DNA from: Candidatus Aldehydirespiratoraceae bacterium
Lineage (GTDB): Bacteria > Actinomycetota > Acidimicrobiia > Acidimicrobiales > Aldehydirespiratoraceae
DNA: 64,000 nucleotides
Direction: 5' to 3'
Assembly: GCA_965243715.1 (NCBI GenBank)
Contig: CBDEVU010000018.1
Coordinates: 18,473-82,472, forward strand
Positions 17,024 to 26,590 of the stretch are shown one piece after another. Position 1 is the stretch's first letter. Each line of letters starts with the position of its first letter. Made by a program: the position numbers and the translations under genes. The notes beneath the pieces were generated by a model. The model had not been told where the DNA came from. It worked only from the letters and a program-made list of their open reading frames with translations, and ran no database searches.

Positions 17024-17923
17024 ATGGGAGTTGCGACCACCGACCCAGCGGTACGGCTTGATGTTCAATCGCTGCGCGTCTTTTGCGAACTCGTTGCATC
17101 TGATGGGTTCACCGCCGCCGCCACCCGTCTCGGCGTCACCCAATCGGCGGTCAGTCACAAGATCAAGCGGCTAGAAGAACGCATAGGGGTGGACCTGATT
17201 CGGCGCGACGGCCAATCGTTCGCGGTAACCGCCGACGGTCTCGATCTCCTTGTCCATGCTAAACAGATCGTGAGGGCGCATGACTTGGCCGTGGATTCGC
17301 TTCATCGGTCGCCGCTCGTCGGCACGCTGTGCCTCGGGTGCAACGAGGAAGTCGCGGCGACCCAACTCGCTGAGGTCGCCAGTCGGTTCCGTCGTACTCA
17401 CCCCAACGTCACCTTGGAGATCAAGGTCCACGACTCGGCGTGCGTTGCGGACTGGCTGGAATCCGGCGAGGTCGACCTCGCCCTCCTTCAGGTTCTCGAT
17501 GTCGATGGTGCGGTGCGGTCGAACGATGAAGTGTGGCGGCGTGACGAACTCGTGGTCAGGCAAGGCATGGTGGCTGATTTCGATGAAGCGGAACCCGTCC
17601 CGTTGATTTCGTTTGGTCCGCGGTGTTTGTATGAGCCGTGGCTCGTGAGTGCGCTAGCCGCCGTTGGTCGTTCGTTTCGGACCGTTCTGGAGTGCCCAAG
17701 CATTCAAGGGGTTCAGGCGGCGGTTGAGGCCGGACTGGGGGTGGCGGTCCTAAACACGCCCAACCTCACCAGAGCGATGAGGCCTTGGACCGGTCTGGAG
17801 GCGGTCGAACTCCCGCCGGTGGCGTTCGTACTCCGAGTCGCCCCAAGCAGTGGCCCGCGTCCGCTCGCCGAAGCGCTACGACACCATCTTTCGGTCGCGC
17901 TCGAGAAAAGGAATCCGCCGTGA
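17024..17923 (+). CDS. LysR-family transcriptional regulator
   Basis: N-terminal HTH (LRVFCELVASDGFTAAATRLGVTQSAVSHKIKRLEERIG) plus an LTTR substrate-binding domain. Confidence 0.9.
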   Translation: MGVATTDPAVRLDVQSLRVFCELVASDGFTAAATRLGVTQSAVSHKIKRLEERIGVDLIRRDGQSFAVTADGLDLLVHAKQIVRAHDLAVDSLHRSPLVGTLCLGCNEEVAATQLAEVASRFRRTHPNVTLEIKVHDSACVADWLESGEVDLALLQVLDVDGAVRSNDEVWRRDELVVRQGMVADFDEAEPVPLISFGPRCLYEPWLVSALAAVGRSFRTVLECPSIQGVQAAVEAGLGVAVLNTPNLTRAMRPWTGLEAVELPPVAFVLRVAPSSGPRPLAEALRHHLSVALEKRNPP

Positions 17924-19478
17924 GTACTCCCGCGTCCACCGCCGCGCCTAGGGCCCGCCGAGGGCGGGGTGCTCGCCGGCAAGCCCGTACTGCGTACACC
18001 CAACGCTTTTTGCCCGAACTCGAGAGAGGTTTGCCGTACCTCGACGCCCTACTGCCGGAGCAGGTACAACTCGTCCACGACCACACGATGAGGTTGCTGG
18101 AGACAACGGGAATCGACTTCCGCGACGACGAAGCCATTGAAATGTGGAGCCAAGCTGGTTCTGGCGGGGGAGTGGCTATAGACGGCTACCGCGTCCGCAT
18201 CGACCGCGAACTTCTCATGGGACTCATAGCCACCGTGCCGAGCGAATACACGATGGTTGCCCGAGATTCGGCCCGTACAGTCTCTGTCGGTGGCCGCAAG
18301 AGCATTTTCACTCCTGCCTACGGCGCGCCGTTCGTGCTCGACTTGGAGGGCAGGCGTCGGAACGCGACGCTCGAGGACTTCGACAATTTCGCCAAGATTG
18401 CCCACATGACTCCTGCCATGCAGATGAGCGGAGGTGTGCTGTGCGAGCCGATGGACATTGCGGTCGCCCACCGCCACCTTCGCATGACGTACAGCCTCAT
18501 CAAGCACTCTTCCAAGCCCTTCATGGGCTCTGTCACCTCTCGGGAACGAGCTCAAGACAGCCTCGATATGACCAAGATCGTGTTCGGCGAGGACTTTCTC
18601 GAGGAGAACACGGTCATGACCTGCTTGGCCAACGGTAACTCGCCGCTCGTGTGGGATTCCACGATGCTCGATGCGGTGAAGGTCTACGGGGCAGCTAACC
18701 AGGCCATGCTGTTTTCGCCCTTCGTGCTGGGTGGAGCCTCGACCCCCGCGTCGACGATTGGCTCGGTGGTGCAGATTAACGCCGAAGCGCTGGCCGGCGT
18801 GGCTTTTAGCCAACTAGTGCGGCCCGGAGTTCCCGCCGTGTACGGCCAGTGGCTGGCGACTGTTTCGATGAAAACCGGCGCGCCTATGGCGGGCACCCCA
18901 GAGATCGACCATATGAACCTTCTCGTTGGACAACTGGCCCGTCACTACGAACTCCCCTGGCGTTGTTCGGGATGTGCTCATCGTCGAAGCAGGTGGACGC
19001 ACAGGCGGGCTATGAGGCCGCCCGCAATATGTACGGTGCGGTCCTCGCGGGGGCAAACTTTGTTCTCTCCACCACCGGCTACCTCGAATCGGCGCTGTGT
19101 CAGAGCTATGCCAAAGCAGCCCTCGACGGCGAGCAAGCGGAAATGTTTCGCACGTTTGCCGAGGGCATTAGGTTTGATGAACTCGATGCCGCGCTCGACG
19201 CGATGAACGATGTCGAACCCGGGGGCCACTTCCTTGGCACCGCGCACACGCTGGCCAATTTCGAACGAGCTTTTTCGATGCCTGAGTTGATGGACTGCAA
19301 CGGGTTCGATCAGTGGACGGCGACCGGTGCGCAGGACGCCAACGCCCGTGGGGCTAAGAAGTGCCAGCAACTCCTCGCTGATTACGAAGAACCAACCTTG
19401 CCCGACGACATCGACGAGGCGCTACGTGATTTCGTCGCCCGGCGAATCACCGAGATCCCTGAGACTGGCAATGACTAG
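17920..19478 (+). pseudogene. MttB-superfamily (non-Pyl) quaternary-amine:corrinoid methyltransferase, copy 1, with its reading frame broken by an apparent 1-nt deletion near 18969..18971
   Basis: Two ORFs (17785..19206 and 18849..19478) are collinear with intact paralogs 33198..34760 and 58429..59976. Joining them gives LPWRCSG|MCSSSKQVDAQAGYE versus paralog LPFRSGGQFTASKYPDAQAAYE. GTG start overlaps the lysR stop (GTGA). Confidence 0.75.
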
Positions 19479-19502
19479 CACCCCGCCTCTGCTAAGCGGA
19501 AC

Positions 19503-20471
19503 GTGTGTGTGGCGCTGTCCTCGCCCTTTGACGATAGCGGCGAAACGCTTGACGAGGGTCGCTTGGGAGACCACATCGAGAGCATGATCGACGCTGGGGT
19601 CCACGCTTTGGTGCTGTGTGCGGGTACCGGTGAGTTTGCTTTTCTCTCGGAGCCAGAGAAGCGACGCATCATTGGACTGGGTTGTGAGATTGTCGCTGGC
19701 CGCATCCCCGTTGTCGCCCAAACCTCGGCCATCACCACGCGAGACGCCATCGAACGCACCCGCGAAGCCGCTGACCTCGGCGCCGCGGCCGCCATGGTGT
19801 TGCCCCCCTACTTCGAAGGTCCACTTGAGAGGGGTGTGCTCTACCACTACGAGAAACTGGCCAAAGCGACCGACATCCCAATCGTGCTCTACAATATACC
19901 GGCCAGTAGCGGATTTGACATTCACCCCGACCTTTACCGGCGGCTCATAGCGCTGGAAAACATCGAGTACATCAAAGATTCGACCGGCGACCTCGTCCGC
20001 CTACAGAAGTTGATCGCCATTGGCGGACACGTGCTCGCGGGCACTGATCCGTTGGCTCCTTACGCGGCGATGGCGGGCGCCGCGGGGTGGATCTGGGGGG
20101 CGGCGAACGTGATGCCCCACGAATGTGTGCAGCTGTGGAATCTCATACAGGCGGGCGAACATGGGGCGGCGCTGGAGCTGTGGGCCAAAATGCGGCCCGC
20201 CAATATGTTCTTTTGGGAGAACAACGTGGAGGCGGAATACAACTCGGCGGTCAAGACGGCAACCAACATGGTTGGCCGTCGCGTTGGCCCGTGCCGTCGT
20301 CCGGTGATGCCAATGACCCGTCAGGGCCGAGTGGCGCTCCAGACAGCCCTTTCCCCGCTGCCGATCAACGGAGTCGCTCGCGACACATTGGTGTTTCGTG
20401 AGTGGGATGACGAACGCGATTGGCTGGTTCAGATGACTCATCAAGCGGGCGTGAGCCGAGCGAAAGGCTGA
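19503..20471 (+). CDS. DHDPS/N-acetylneuraminate-lyase-family Schiff-base enzyme (possible pyrroline-4-hydroxy-2-carboxylate deaminase-like)
   Basis: GTGEFAFLSEPEKRRII, YNIP, and the active-site Lys context IEYIKDSTGD. Confidence 0.75.
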   Translation: MCVALSSPFDDSGETLDEGRLGDHIESMIDAGVHALVLCAGTGEFAFLSEPEKRRIIGLGCEIVAGRIPVVAQTSAITTRDAIERTREAADLGAAAAMVLPPYFEGPLERGVLYHYEKLAKATDIPIVLYNIPASSGFDIHPDLYRRLIALENIEYIKDSTGDLVRLQKLIAIGGHVLAGTDPLAPYAAMAGAAGWIWGAANVMPHECVQLWNLIQAGEHGAALELWAKMRPANMFFWENNVEAEYNSAVKTATNMVGRRVGPCRRPVMPMTRQGRVALQTALSPLPINGVARDTLVFREWDDERDWLVQMTHQAGVSRAKG

Positions 20472-20473
20472 CC

Positions 20474-21967
20474 ATGAACCTCACCTTTGACCCCGTAGCA
20501 CTGGCCGCATCGGTTACTCCGCCGACCCGGATGATGATCGGCGGCCGCTCCGTCGAAGCACTCTCGGGGTCTACTTTCGCCACCTTCAATCCGGCCACCG
20601 GTGTCGAACTGGCCCAAGTGTCGCAAGGTTCGGCGGCTGACATGGACCGAGCCGTCGCGGCGGCCCGTGATGCGTTCGACAACGGGCCGTGGGGACGCCT
20701 CTCACCCGCCGACCGGCGGGGCTTGCTGAAACGCTTCGCGCTCATGGTGGAGGCCCACGCTGACGAACTCGCCGTCATCGAGTCGCTCGAAGCGGGTAAG
20801 CCCATCTACGACACGTCGACCATCGACCTGCCCGAGACAGTCAACTGTTTGATGTGGCACGCCGAGTTGGCCGACAAGATCTACGACCAAGTGACGCCGT
20901 CGGGTCTCGGTGTTGTAGGGCTAGTGGTGCGAGAGTCGATCGGTGTCGTCGGTGCGGTGCTGCCGTGGAACTATCCGCTAATGATGGCGGCCTGGAAGAT
21001 CGGTCCCGCTCTCGCCGCTGGCAACACCATGGTGCTAAAACCGGCCGAGCAGACTTCGCTGTCGACAATCCGCATGGTCGAACTAGCCACCGATGCCGGT
21101 ATTCCCGACGGTGTGCTCAACGTGGTCCCAGGGTACGGCGAAACGGTTGGCCAGGCGCTGGGCCGCCACCACAGCGTTGATTGTGTGGGATTCACCGGAT
21201 CGACCGAGGTAGGCCGTAAGTTTCTGCGCTACTCCGCGGACTCTAACCTCAAGCGGGTGTTGCTGGAGTGCGGCGGCAAATCCCCGATGGTTGTCATGTC
21301 CGATGCGGAGGATCTGGACAAGGTCGCGGCGCACGCTTGTGAGTCGATTTTTTGGAACGCGGGCCAGAACTGTAGCTCCAATTCGCGGCTGATCCTGCAC
21401 GAATCGGTCGCCGCAGATGTCATGGCTCGCATCGACGAAGCGATACACGGTTGGGTGCTGGGTGATCCCCTTGATCCCGCAACTCGTATGGGGGCCATTA
21501 TCGAACCCGCCCATCTTGACAAGATCATGGGCGCCATCGAGAGGGCTAAGGCCGAGGGGGCTACTGTGCGTTGCGGTGGAAATCGCACTCGTCGGGAGTC
21601 GGGGGGTTGGTTTGTTGAGCCCACCATCTTTGAAGCCGTCACCGCCGACATGGCGATCGCCCAAGAAGAGGTCTTTGGGCCGGTGTTGTCCGTCTCGACC
21701 TTCACCCACGCCGATGAGGCAATAGCGATGGCTAACGACACGCCTTACGGCCTGCATGCCTCGGTGTTCACGAGCAATGTGCGCTCGGCTCATCTCGCTA
21801 GTCAACGGATCAAGGCGGGCACGGTATCGGTGAACTGTTACAGCGAGGGCGACATGACTACCCCGTTTGGAGGTTACGGACTCAGCGGGTTCAGCGGCCG
21901 AGATAACGGGGTACACGCCCACGAGCAATACACCGAGACCAAGACCATCTGGATCGACTTGGCATGA
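20474..21967 (+). CDS. NAD(P)-dependent aldehyde dehydrogenase
   Basis: FTGSTEVGRK, LECGGKSP, NAGQNCSSNSR, PFGGYGLSGFSGRD. ATG lies 3 nt after the upstream stop. Confidence 0.9.
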   Translation: MNLTFDPVALAASVTPPTRMMIGGRSVEALSGSTFATFNPATGVELAQVSQGSAADMDRAVAAARDAFDNGPWGRLSPADRRGLLKRFALMVEAHADELAVIESLEAGKPIYDTSTIDLPETVNCLMWHAELADKIYDQVTPSGLGVVGLVVRESIGVVGAVLPWNYPLMMAAWKIGPALAAGNTMVLKPAEQTSLSTIRMVELATDAGIPDGVLNVVPGYGETVGQALGRHHSVDCVGFTGSTEVGRKFLRYSADSNLKRVLLECGGKSPMVVMSDAEDLDKVAAHACESIFWNAGQNCSSNSRLILHESVAADVMARIDEAIHGWVLGDPLDPATRMGAIIEPAHLDKIMGAIERAKAEGATVRCGGNRTRRESGGWFVEPTIFEAVTADMAIAQEEVFGPVLSVSTFTHADEAIAMANDTPYGLHASVFTSNVRSAHLASQRIKAGTVSVNCYSEGDMTTPFGGYGLSGFSGRDNGVHAHEQYTETKTIWIDLA

Positions 21968-21977
21968 AGGGCCGACC

Positions 21978-23294
21978 GTGACCCGAGTAACGATTCGTCC
22001 CGACAACGATCGCCAGAACGGCTGGTACGAGACCATTGGACCGCACCCCGAACCCAAGGTGCTGGAGGGCGATACTGACGCCGACTATGTCGTCATCGGA
22101 GCTGGTTTTGGTGGACTGGCAGCCGCTCGTCGCCTAGCTGAACTCAACACTGGGGCATCGATTGTGTTACTGGAAGGCGACCGAATTGGCAACAACGCGG
22201 CGGGTCGTTGTTCGGGCTTCATCATCGATCATGCCCACAACATTAGAGCCAAGAACTTCGCCGACGACCGAAGTAACGCCAAGCGCCGGATTGCGTTGAA
22301 CCGAGCGGGTCTCGACTGGCTCGACGAGATAGTTCATCGCGAGGGGATCGACTGCGACTGGCGTCGGACGGGCAAGATTCATGCAGCCGCGTCGGACAAG
22401 GGAGTGGCCCTGCTCGACCGCTTTGCCGCCTCCCTCGAAGCAGTCGACGAGGACTACTCGATGCACGACGCCGACGAACTAGAGGCCATGTTTGGTACTG
22501 GGTTCTATAAGCGGGGTCTTCACGCCCCGCATTCGGTAGTAGTGCAACCGGCTCAACTCACGATCGGTTTGGCCCAAACCATGCCCGAGAACGTTGCCGT
22601 CTACGAAACATCGATGGTTACCGACTTCGACTTTGGTCCGCCGTCCACGGTCCGTACTGCTCGAGGGTCGGTCCGTTCGCCGTCTCTCGTGATCGCCGCG
22701 AACGGCTTCGGCGAAGGGTTCGGATTATACAAGAATCGACTCCTGCCTTTGATCACCTGGGGCTCGATGACTCGGCCTATGGGGAACGATGAGGTGGCGG
22801 CGCTGGGCGGTGACGACAATTACGCCATTATTCCCGCCCATCCGGCGGGCACAACCGTGCGCCGTCGCGCCGACCGGCGGATCCTCATCCGCAATCAGTA
22901 CACGTATAGTCGCCGCTCCGATGTCAAAAAGGGTTTGGCCGCCGTTCGTCGGATTCACGAGAGGTCGCTGCGCCGTCGGTATCCGATGCTCCCGAATCTG
23001 GAGTTTGAGTATTCGTGGGGCGGGGCCCTTAGCTTGAGCCGCAACGGCGCGGGCGTGTGCGGCCAAGTCGCCCCTGGCGTCTACTCGACTATGGTCTACC
23101 AAGGGGTTGGTATGGCTCAGGGTACGATTTCGGGCAAGTACCTTGCCGAACACATGATGGGTGAAACTAATCCGGCCATGAGTTTGCTCGCCGGATCGGT
23201 GGCCCCCAGCCGAAACTTTCCCGATCCGTTCAACGCTTGGGGGGTACGCCTGAGTGTTTGCGGGCGGCGGTGGCAAGCGGGAATAGAGGAGTGA
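21978..23294 (+). CDS. FAD-dependent oxidoreductase (DAO family)
   Basis: Dinucleotide fold DYVVIGAGFGGLAAARRLAE near the N-terminus. GTG at 21978 follows the ALDH stop. Confidence 0.75.
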   Translation: MTRVTIRPDNDRQNGWYETIGPHPEPKVLEGDTDADYVVIGAGFGGLAAARRLAELNTGASIVLLEGDRIGNNAAGRCSGFIIDHAHNIRAKNFADDRSNAKRRIALNRAGLDWLDEIVHREGIDCDWRRTGKIHAAASDKGVALLDRFAASLEAVDEDYSMHDADELEAMFGTGFYKRGLHAPHSVVVQPAQLTIGLAQTMPENVAVYETSMVTDFDFGPPSTVRTARGSVRSPSLVIAANGFGEGFGLYKNRLLPLITWGSMTRPMGNDEVAALGGDDNYAIIPAHPAGTTVRRRADRRILIRNQYTYSRRSDVKKGLAAVRRIHERSLRRRYPMLPNLEFEYSWGGALSLSRNGAGVCGQVAPGVYSTMVYQGVGMAQGTISGKYLAEHMMGETNPAMSLLAGSVAPSRNFPDPFNAWGVRLSVCGRRWQAGIEE

Positions 23295-23296
23295 CC

Positions 23297-24073
23297 ATGG
23301 CTGATTGGCGGGTGGATCTGCGGGGCAAGGTGGCGGTGGTGTCGGGCGGATCGTCGGGCATGGGGGCCGCGATCTGCGAACGACTCGCCGCTTGTGGCGC
23401 GTCCGTGGTGGTCGGGGGACGAGACGTTGATCGCGCTGCGGCCGTGGTGGCTACCATCACCGCCGCGGGCGGCCAGGCAGTGGCCGAAATCGGCAACATC
23501 GCCAACTCTGCTGTCGCGGATGCGCTAATTGCCGCGGGTGTGGACGGCTTTGGCGGGGTCGACATCGTGGTGAACGCCGCGGGGGTGATCTTTCGCGCTG
23601 ATGCACTTGGTACCGCCGACGATGTCTGGCGCCGGGTGATGGCCACCAATGTTGACGGCACTTTCTTTCTTTCGCGTGCCGCGGTGGGCGCGCTACGGCA
23701 GCGAGGTGGGGGATCGATTATCAATATCAGTTCCACCTGTGGCCTAGTCGGCGCGGCGGGTATCACCGCGTACTGTGCATCGAAGGGCGCGGTCACCAAC
23801 CTCACCAGAGCCATGGCCCTCGACCACGCCGCCGAAGGCATTCGTATTAACGCGATCTGTCCAGGTTCGGTTGACACTCCCATGCTTATCTCCGAACAAC
23901 CCGACGGCACTACACGAGAGGAGGTGATGGCTAGCCATCTGCTTTCGATCCCCGAGCGCCGGATACCAGCCCCCGGGGAGGTAGCCGAGTTGGTCCTCTT
24001 CTTGTGTTCTTCGGCCAGTCGGCACATCAACGGGGCCAACCTTTCCCTCGACGGGGGCTATACCGCCCAATGA
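23297..24073 (+). CDS. SDR-family oxidoreductase
   Basis: VSGGSSGMG, NAAG, and a YCASKGAV catalytic motif. Confidence 0.85.
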   Translation: MADWRVDLRGKVAVVSGGSSGMGAAICERLAACGASVVVGGRDVDRAAAVVATITAAGGQAVAEIGNIANSAVADALIAAGVDGFGGVDIVVNAAGVIFRADALGTADDVWRRVMATNVDGTFFLSRAAVGALRQRGGGSIINISSTCGLVGAAGITAYCASKGAVTNLTRAMALDHAAEGIRINAICPGSVDTPMLISEQPDGTTREEVMASHLLSIPERRIPAPGEVAELVLFLCSSASRHINGANLSLDGGYTAQ

Positions 24074-24831
24074 CGGATTTCTCTGGTATCACCGCTGTTG
24101 TCACCGGTGGCGCCCAAGGGATTGGTCGAGCGATCGCTGATCGCTTGGCGGCCGATGGGGCCGAAGTAGTTGTTGGCGATCTTCGTGATCCAGGAGATCT
24201 TGGCCCGCGACAACGCTGGGTTGAACTTGACGTCCGTGTCGAGGCATCGGTTGCGGCGCTGGCCGCGGCGTGTGACGGCGCTGTCGGCGTGCTGGTGAAC
24301 AACGCAGGCATAATGTTCGAAGCGTCGATCACGGAACAAACCGTTGAACAATGGGACCTCGCGATGGCCGTCAACCTCCGCGGACCTTGGCTGGTGACCA
24401 AAGCTCTCTTGGCCCGCCTCACGGCTGCGCCGGGCTCGGCGGTGGTCAACGTTGGCTCCATCGAAGGCATCGGCTCCAACCCCCACCACACTGCCTATTC
24501 GGCCTCGAAGGGGGGTGTACACGGACTTACCGTGGCGATGGCCGTAGATCTGGGCCCGCTGGGCGTTCGCTGCAACGCGGTGGCACCCGGCTGGATCGAC
24601 ACGGCTCTAAACCGAGACTATATCGACCGACTCCCCCACCGCGATCAGGCCCTAGCCGAATTGGCCGTGCTCCATCCGGTTGGCCATATCGGCGACCCTG
24701 CCGATGTGGCCTCGACGGTGGCATTTCTCGCGTCGCTGGACGCTCGCTTCGTGTCCGGGCAGGTCGTGGTGGTGGATGGCGGGCGGACGAGCAAACTTAG
24801 CCTCCCAGCGTCGCTCACTCCTGATAGCTAA
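24070..24831 (+). CDS. SDR-family oxidoreductase
   Basis: VTGGAQGIG, NNAG, YSASKGGV. ATGA overlap with the preceding SDR. Confidence 0.85.
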   Translation: MTDFSGITAVVTGGAQGIGRAIADRLAADGAEVVVGDLRDPGDLGPRQRWVELDVRVEASVAALAAACDGAVGVLVNNAGIMFEASITEQTVEQWDLAMAVNLRGPWLVTKALLARLTAAPGSAVVNVGSIEGIGSNPHHTAYSASKGGVHGLTVAMAVDLGPLGVRCNAVAPGWIDTALNRDYIDRLPHRDQALAELAVLHPVGHIGDPADVASTVAFLASLDARFVSGQVVVVDGGRTSKLSLPASLTPDS

Positions 24832-24874
24832 TGTCAGAAGGGAACAATCTGGCGCAGCCTAGCGTTGCGTACCC

Positions 24875-25561
24875 ATGAGACAATTCCTTTCCTCTAACCT
24901 CAAGTGGTTGCTCCCCGCGGGAGCGGTGGCGGTTGTTGTGGTGGCCTATCTCGCCTTCTCCGTCTTTGCCGTTCATACCTTCTTCATCGACAAGGAGGTC
25001 GCCGAAGCAATGCCCGTGTTCGCGTCTGGCGCCTCGGAAACCGACGTCGAAGTCGAGGCAATGAGTGAAGCCGAGGCAATGAGTGAAGTCGAGGTGATGA
25101 GTGAAGTCGAGGAGACTGAAGAAGCCAGTGCTGATGAAGCCAGTGCTGAAGAAGCCAGTGGTATAGGAACGGTTCCCGAGGAGCCTGTGGCCGATAATGC
25201 CCCAGCGGAAGCCACCACGGTAACCGTGGAGTATGCCGGCGATTTTGTCGACCGTAGCCACCCATCGGCGGGTGTGGCGTCGGTTCTCGGCGACGGTTCC
25301 GGTCAGCGCTTCGTTCGCTTCGAGAACTTCGAAACCGACAATGGCCCTGATCTCAACGTCTATCTTTCGACCGCTCCGCCGGACGCGCCAGCGGGAGATT
25401 TCGATGATGACTTCATCGACCTTGGCGACCTCAAAGGAAACGTGGGCCCACAAAACTACGAGATCCCCGAAGGTACCGATCTCGAGCGCTACTCAACGGT
25501 CGTGATCTGGTGCGTACGGTTCGGGGTGGCGTTCGGTACCGCCGGTTTGGTGGCCAGCTAG
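24875..25561 (+). CDS. Membrane-anchored DM13-domain protein with an acidic repeat linker
   Basis: N-terminal TM helix and (EAMSEx)n/(EASAx)n repeats. The C-terminal part (GDFVD...RFVRFENFETDNGPDLNVYLS...DLGDLKGNVGPQNYEIP...VVIWCVRFGVAFG) resembles DM13. Confidence 0.65.
   Translation: MRQFLSSNLKWLLPAGAVAVVVVAYLAFSVFAVHTFFIDKEVAEAMPVFASGASETDVEVEAMSEAEAMSEVEVMSEVEETEEASADEASAEEASGIGTVPEEPVADNAPAEATTVTVEYAGDFVDRSHPSAGVASVLGDGSGQRFVRFENFETDNGPDLNVYLSTAPPDAPAGDFDDDFIDLGDLKGNVGPQNYEIPEGTDLERYSTVVIWCVRFGVAFGTAGLVAS
25055..25165. repeat. In-frame tandem repeats: 3 x 18 bp (GAGGCAATGAGTGAAGCC-like), then 3 x 15 bp (GAAGCCAGTGCTGAT-like)
   Basis: Read directly. Lies in the linker of the DM13 protein. 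Confidence 0.9.
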
Positions 25562-26484
25562 CCGTGTTGAGCGAACTGCTCGGTCGGCAATAGGGCATCG
25601 AACCAGGCCCGAAGGGCACGAAGGCGGTAGTCGCGGTGCAGCGATGTCGGCCACGAGAGATAATGACCCGTATTTGGGTTGTGGACCTCAGGGCCCACCT
25701 CGACAAGGAACCCTCGTTCGACCAAGTCGGCGCGGAGGTACCGCCAACTCAAAATCACCCCATTGCCACTGATGGCCTGCTGCATCAAGGTGGAATAATT
25801 GTCGAACCGCATCCGGTTGTTGGGTTCGTGGTATTCGATTCCGTGCCCGGCGAACCACTCGGGCCACGACATCCATGCGCGTCCCACTCGATCGACATGA
25901 AGCAAAGGAGCGTCGAGCAGTTCGTGGGGCGACGAATCGGGTCCGAGTCCTAGACGCTCGGCGACGTACGGGGCGGCGACCGGTACGACGATCTCGGGGA
26001 CGAGTCGCTGGGATCGGTAACCGGGCCATTCACGGTAGCCAGCGCGGATCGTAACGTCGTAGCTGGCGGTGTCGAGTTCGGCGTCGCGATCGAAAATTAT
26101 GATGAACACCTCGCAAGGGTCGAGGGCGGCGTGGAGGCTGTCGATATTCGGAGCTAGCCAGGTCTGTGCGACACTCGGCTGGGAGGCGATAGTGAGCCGG
26201 TCCGTGGCCTTTTTAAGATCACCGAGGGTTGCTTCGAGCGTGTCGAAGGCGCCGGTCAACTCGTGATGCAAAGTGCTGCCCTCGCGGGTGAGTTCGATGC
26301 GGTTGGACCGGCGCTGGAACAGTAAAAAACCGAGTTGCGTTTCCAGCGTGCTGACGTGCTTAGACACCGCGGGCTGGGAGATACCGAGGTCTTCGGCGGC
26401 CGCGGTGAAGGATCCGTGGCGGCCTACGGCCTCAAAGACCGCGAGGCGCTGAAGTTGAGGTATCCGTTCGAGTAGTAACCGCAT
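25558..26484 (-). CDS. LysR-family transcriptional regulator, divergent from mcl-mtkAB-ppc (QscR-like position)
   Basis: HTH (LQRLAVFEAVGRHGSFTAAAEDLGISQPAVSKHVSTLETQLG) plus an LTTR effector domain. Confidence 0.85.
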   Translation of the reverse strand: MRLLLERIPQLQRLAVFEAVGRHGSFTAAAEDLGISQPAVSKHVSTLETQLGFLLFQRRSNRIELTREGSTLHHELTGAFDTLEATLGDLKKATDRLTIASQPSVAQTWLAPNIDSLHAALDPCEVFIIIFDRDAELDTASYDVTIRAGYREWPGYRSQRLVPEIVVPVAAPYVAERLGLGPDSSPHELLDAPLLHVDRVGRAWMSWPEWFAGHGIEYHEPNNRMRFDNYSTLMQQAISGNGVILSWRYLRADLVERGFLVEVGPEVHNPNTGHYLSWPTSLHRDYRLRALRAWFDALLPTEQFAQHG

Positions 26485-26516
26485 AACCGACTCCAGAACT
26501 CTGCCGAAGAAGGCAT

Positions 26517-26533
26517 TATAACCTGGGGTTATA
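26517..26533. promoter_or_regulatory. Inverted repeat TATAACC-TGG-GGTTATA (contains T-N11-A); candidate LTTR box between lysR and mcl
   Basis: Perfect 7-bp arms seen in the sequence, about 35 bp from the lysR start and about 60 bp from the mcl ATG. Function is inferred. Confidence 0.4.
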
Positions 26534-26590
26534 GGGAGTAGTTAGAAATCGCCTATGTGGCTCGAGACAGCGTATCTCTACGCTTAGAGC

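Noticed and set aside
17785-17919. N-terminal extension of the mttB copy-1 ORF. Analogous extensions occur at 6473..6595 (ACAD), 7751..7828 (CoxM-like), 20420..20473, 21867..21977, 23237..23296, 24004..24069, 34705..34782, 44234..44548, 52279..52341, 13768..13935 and 58413..58682.
   Set aside because: The extensions overlap the preceding gene, encode low-complexity sequence absent from family N-termini, and contain internal starts that fit ATGA/GTGA coupling or have SD-like sequences.
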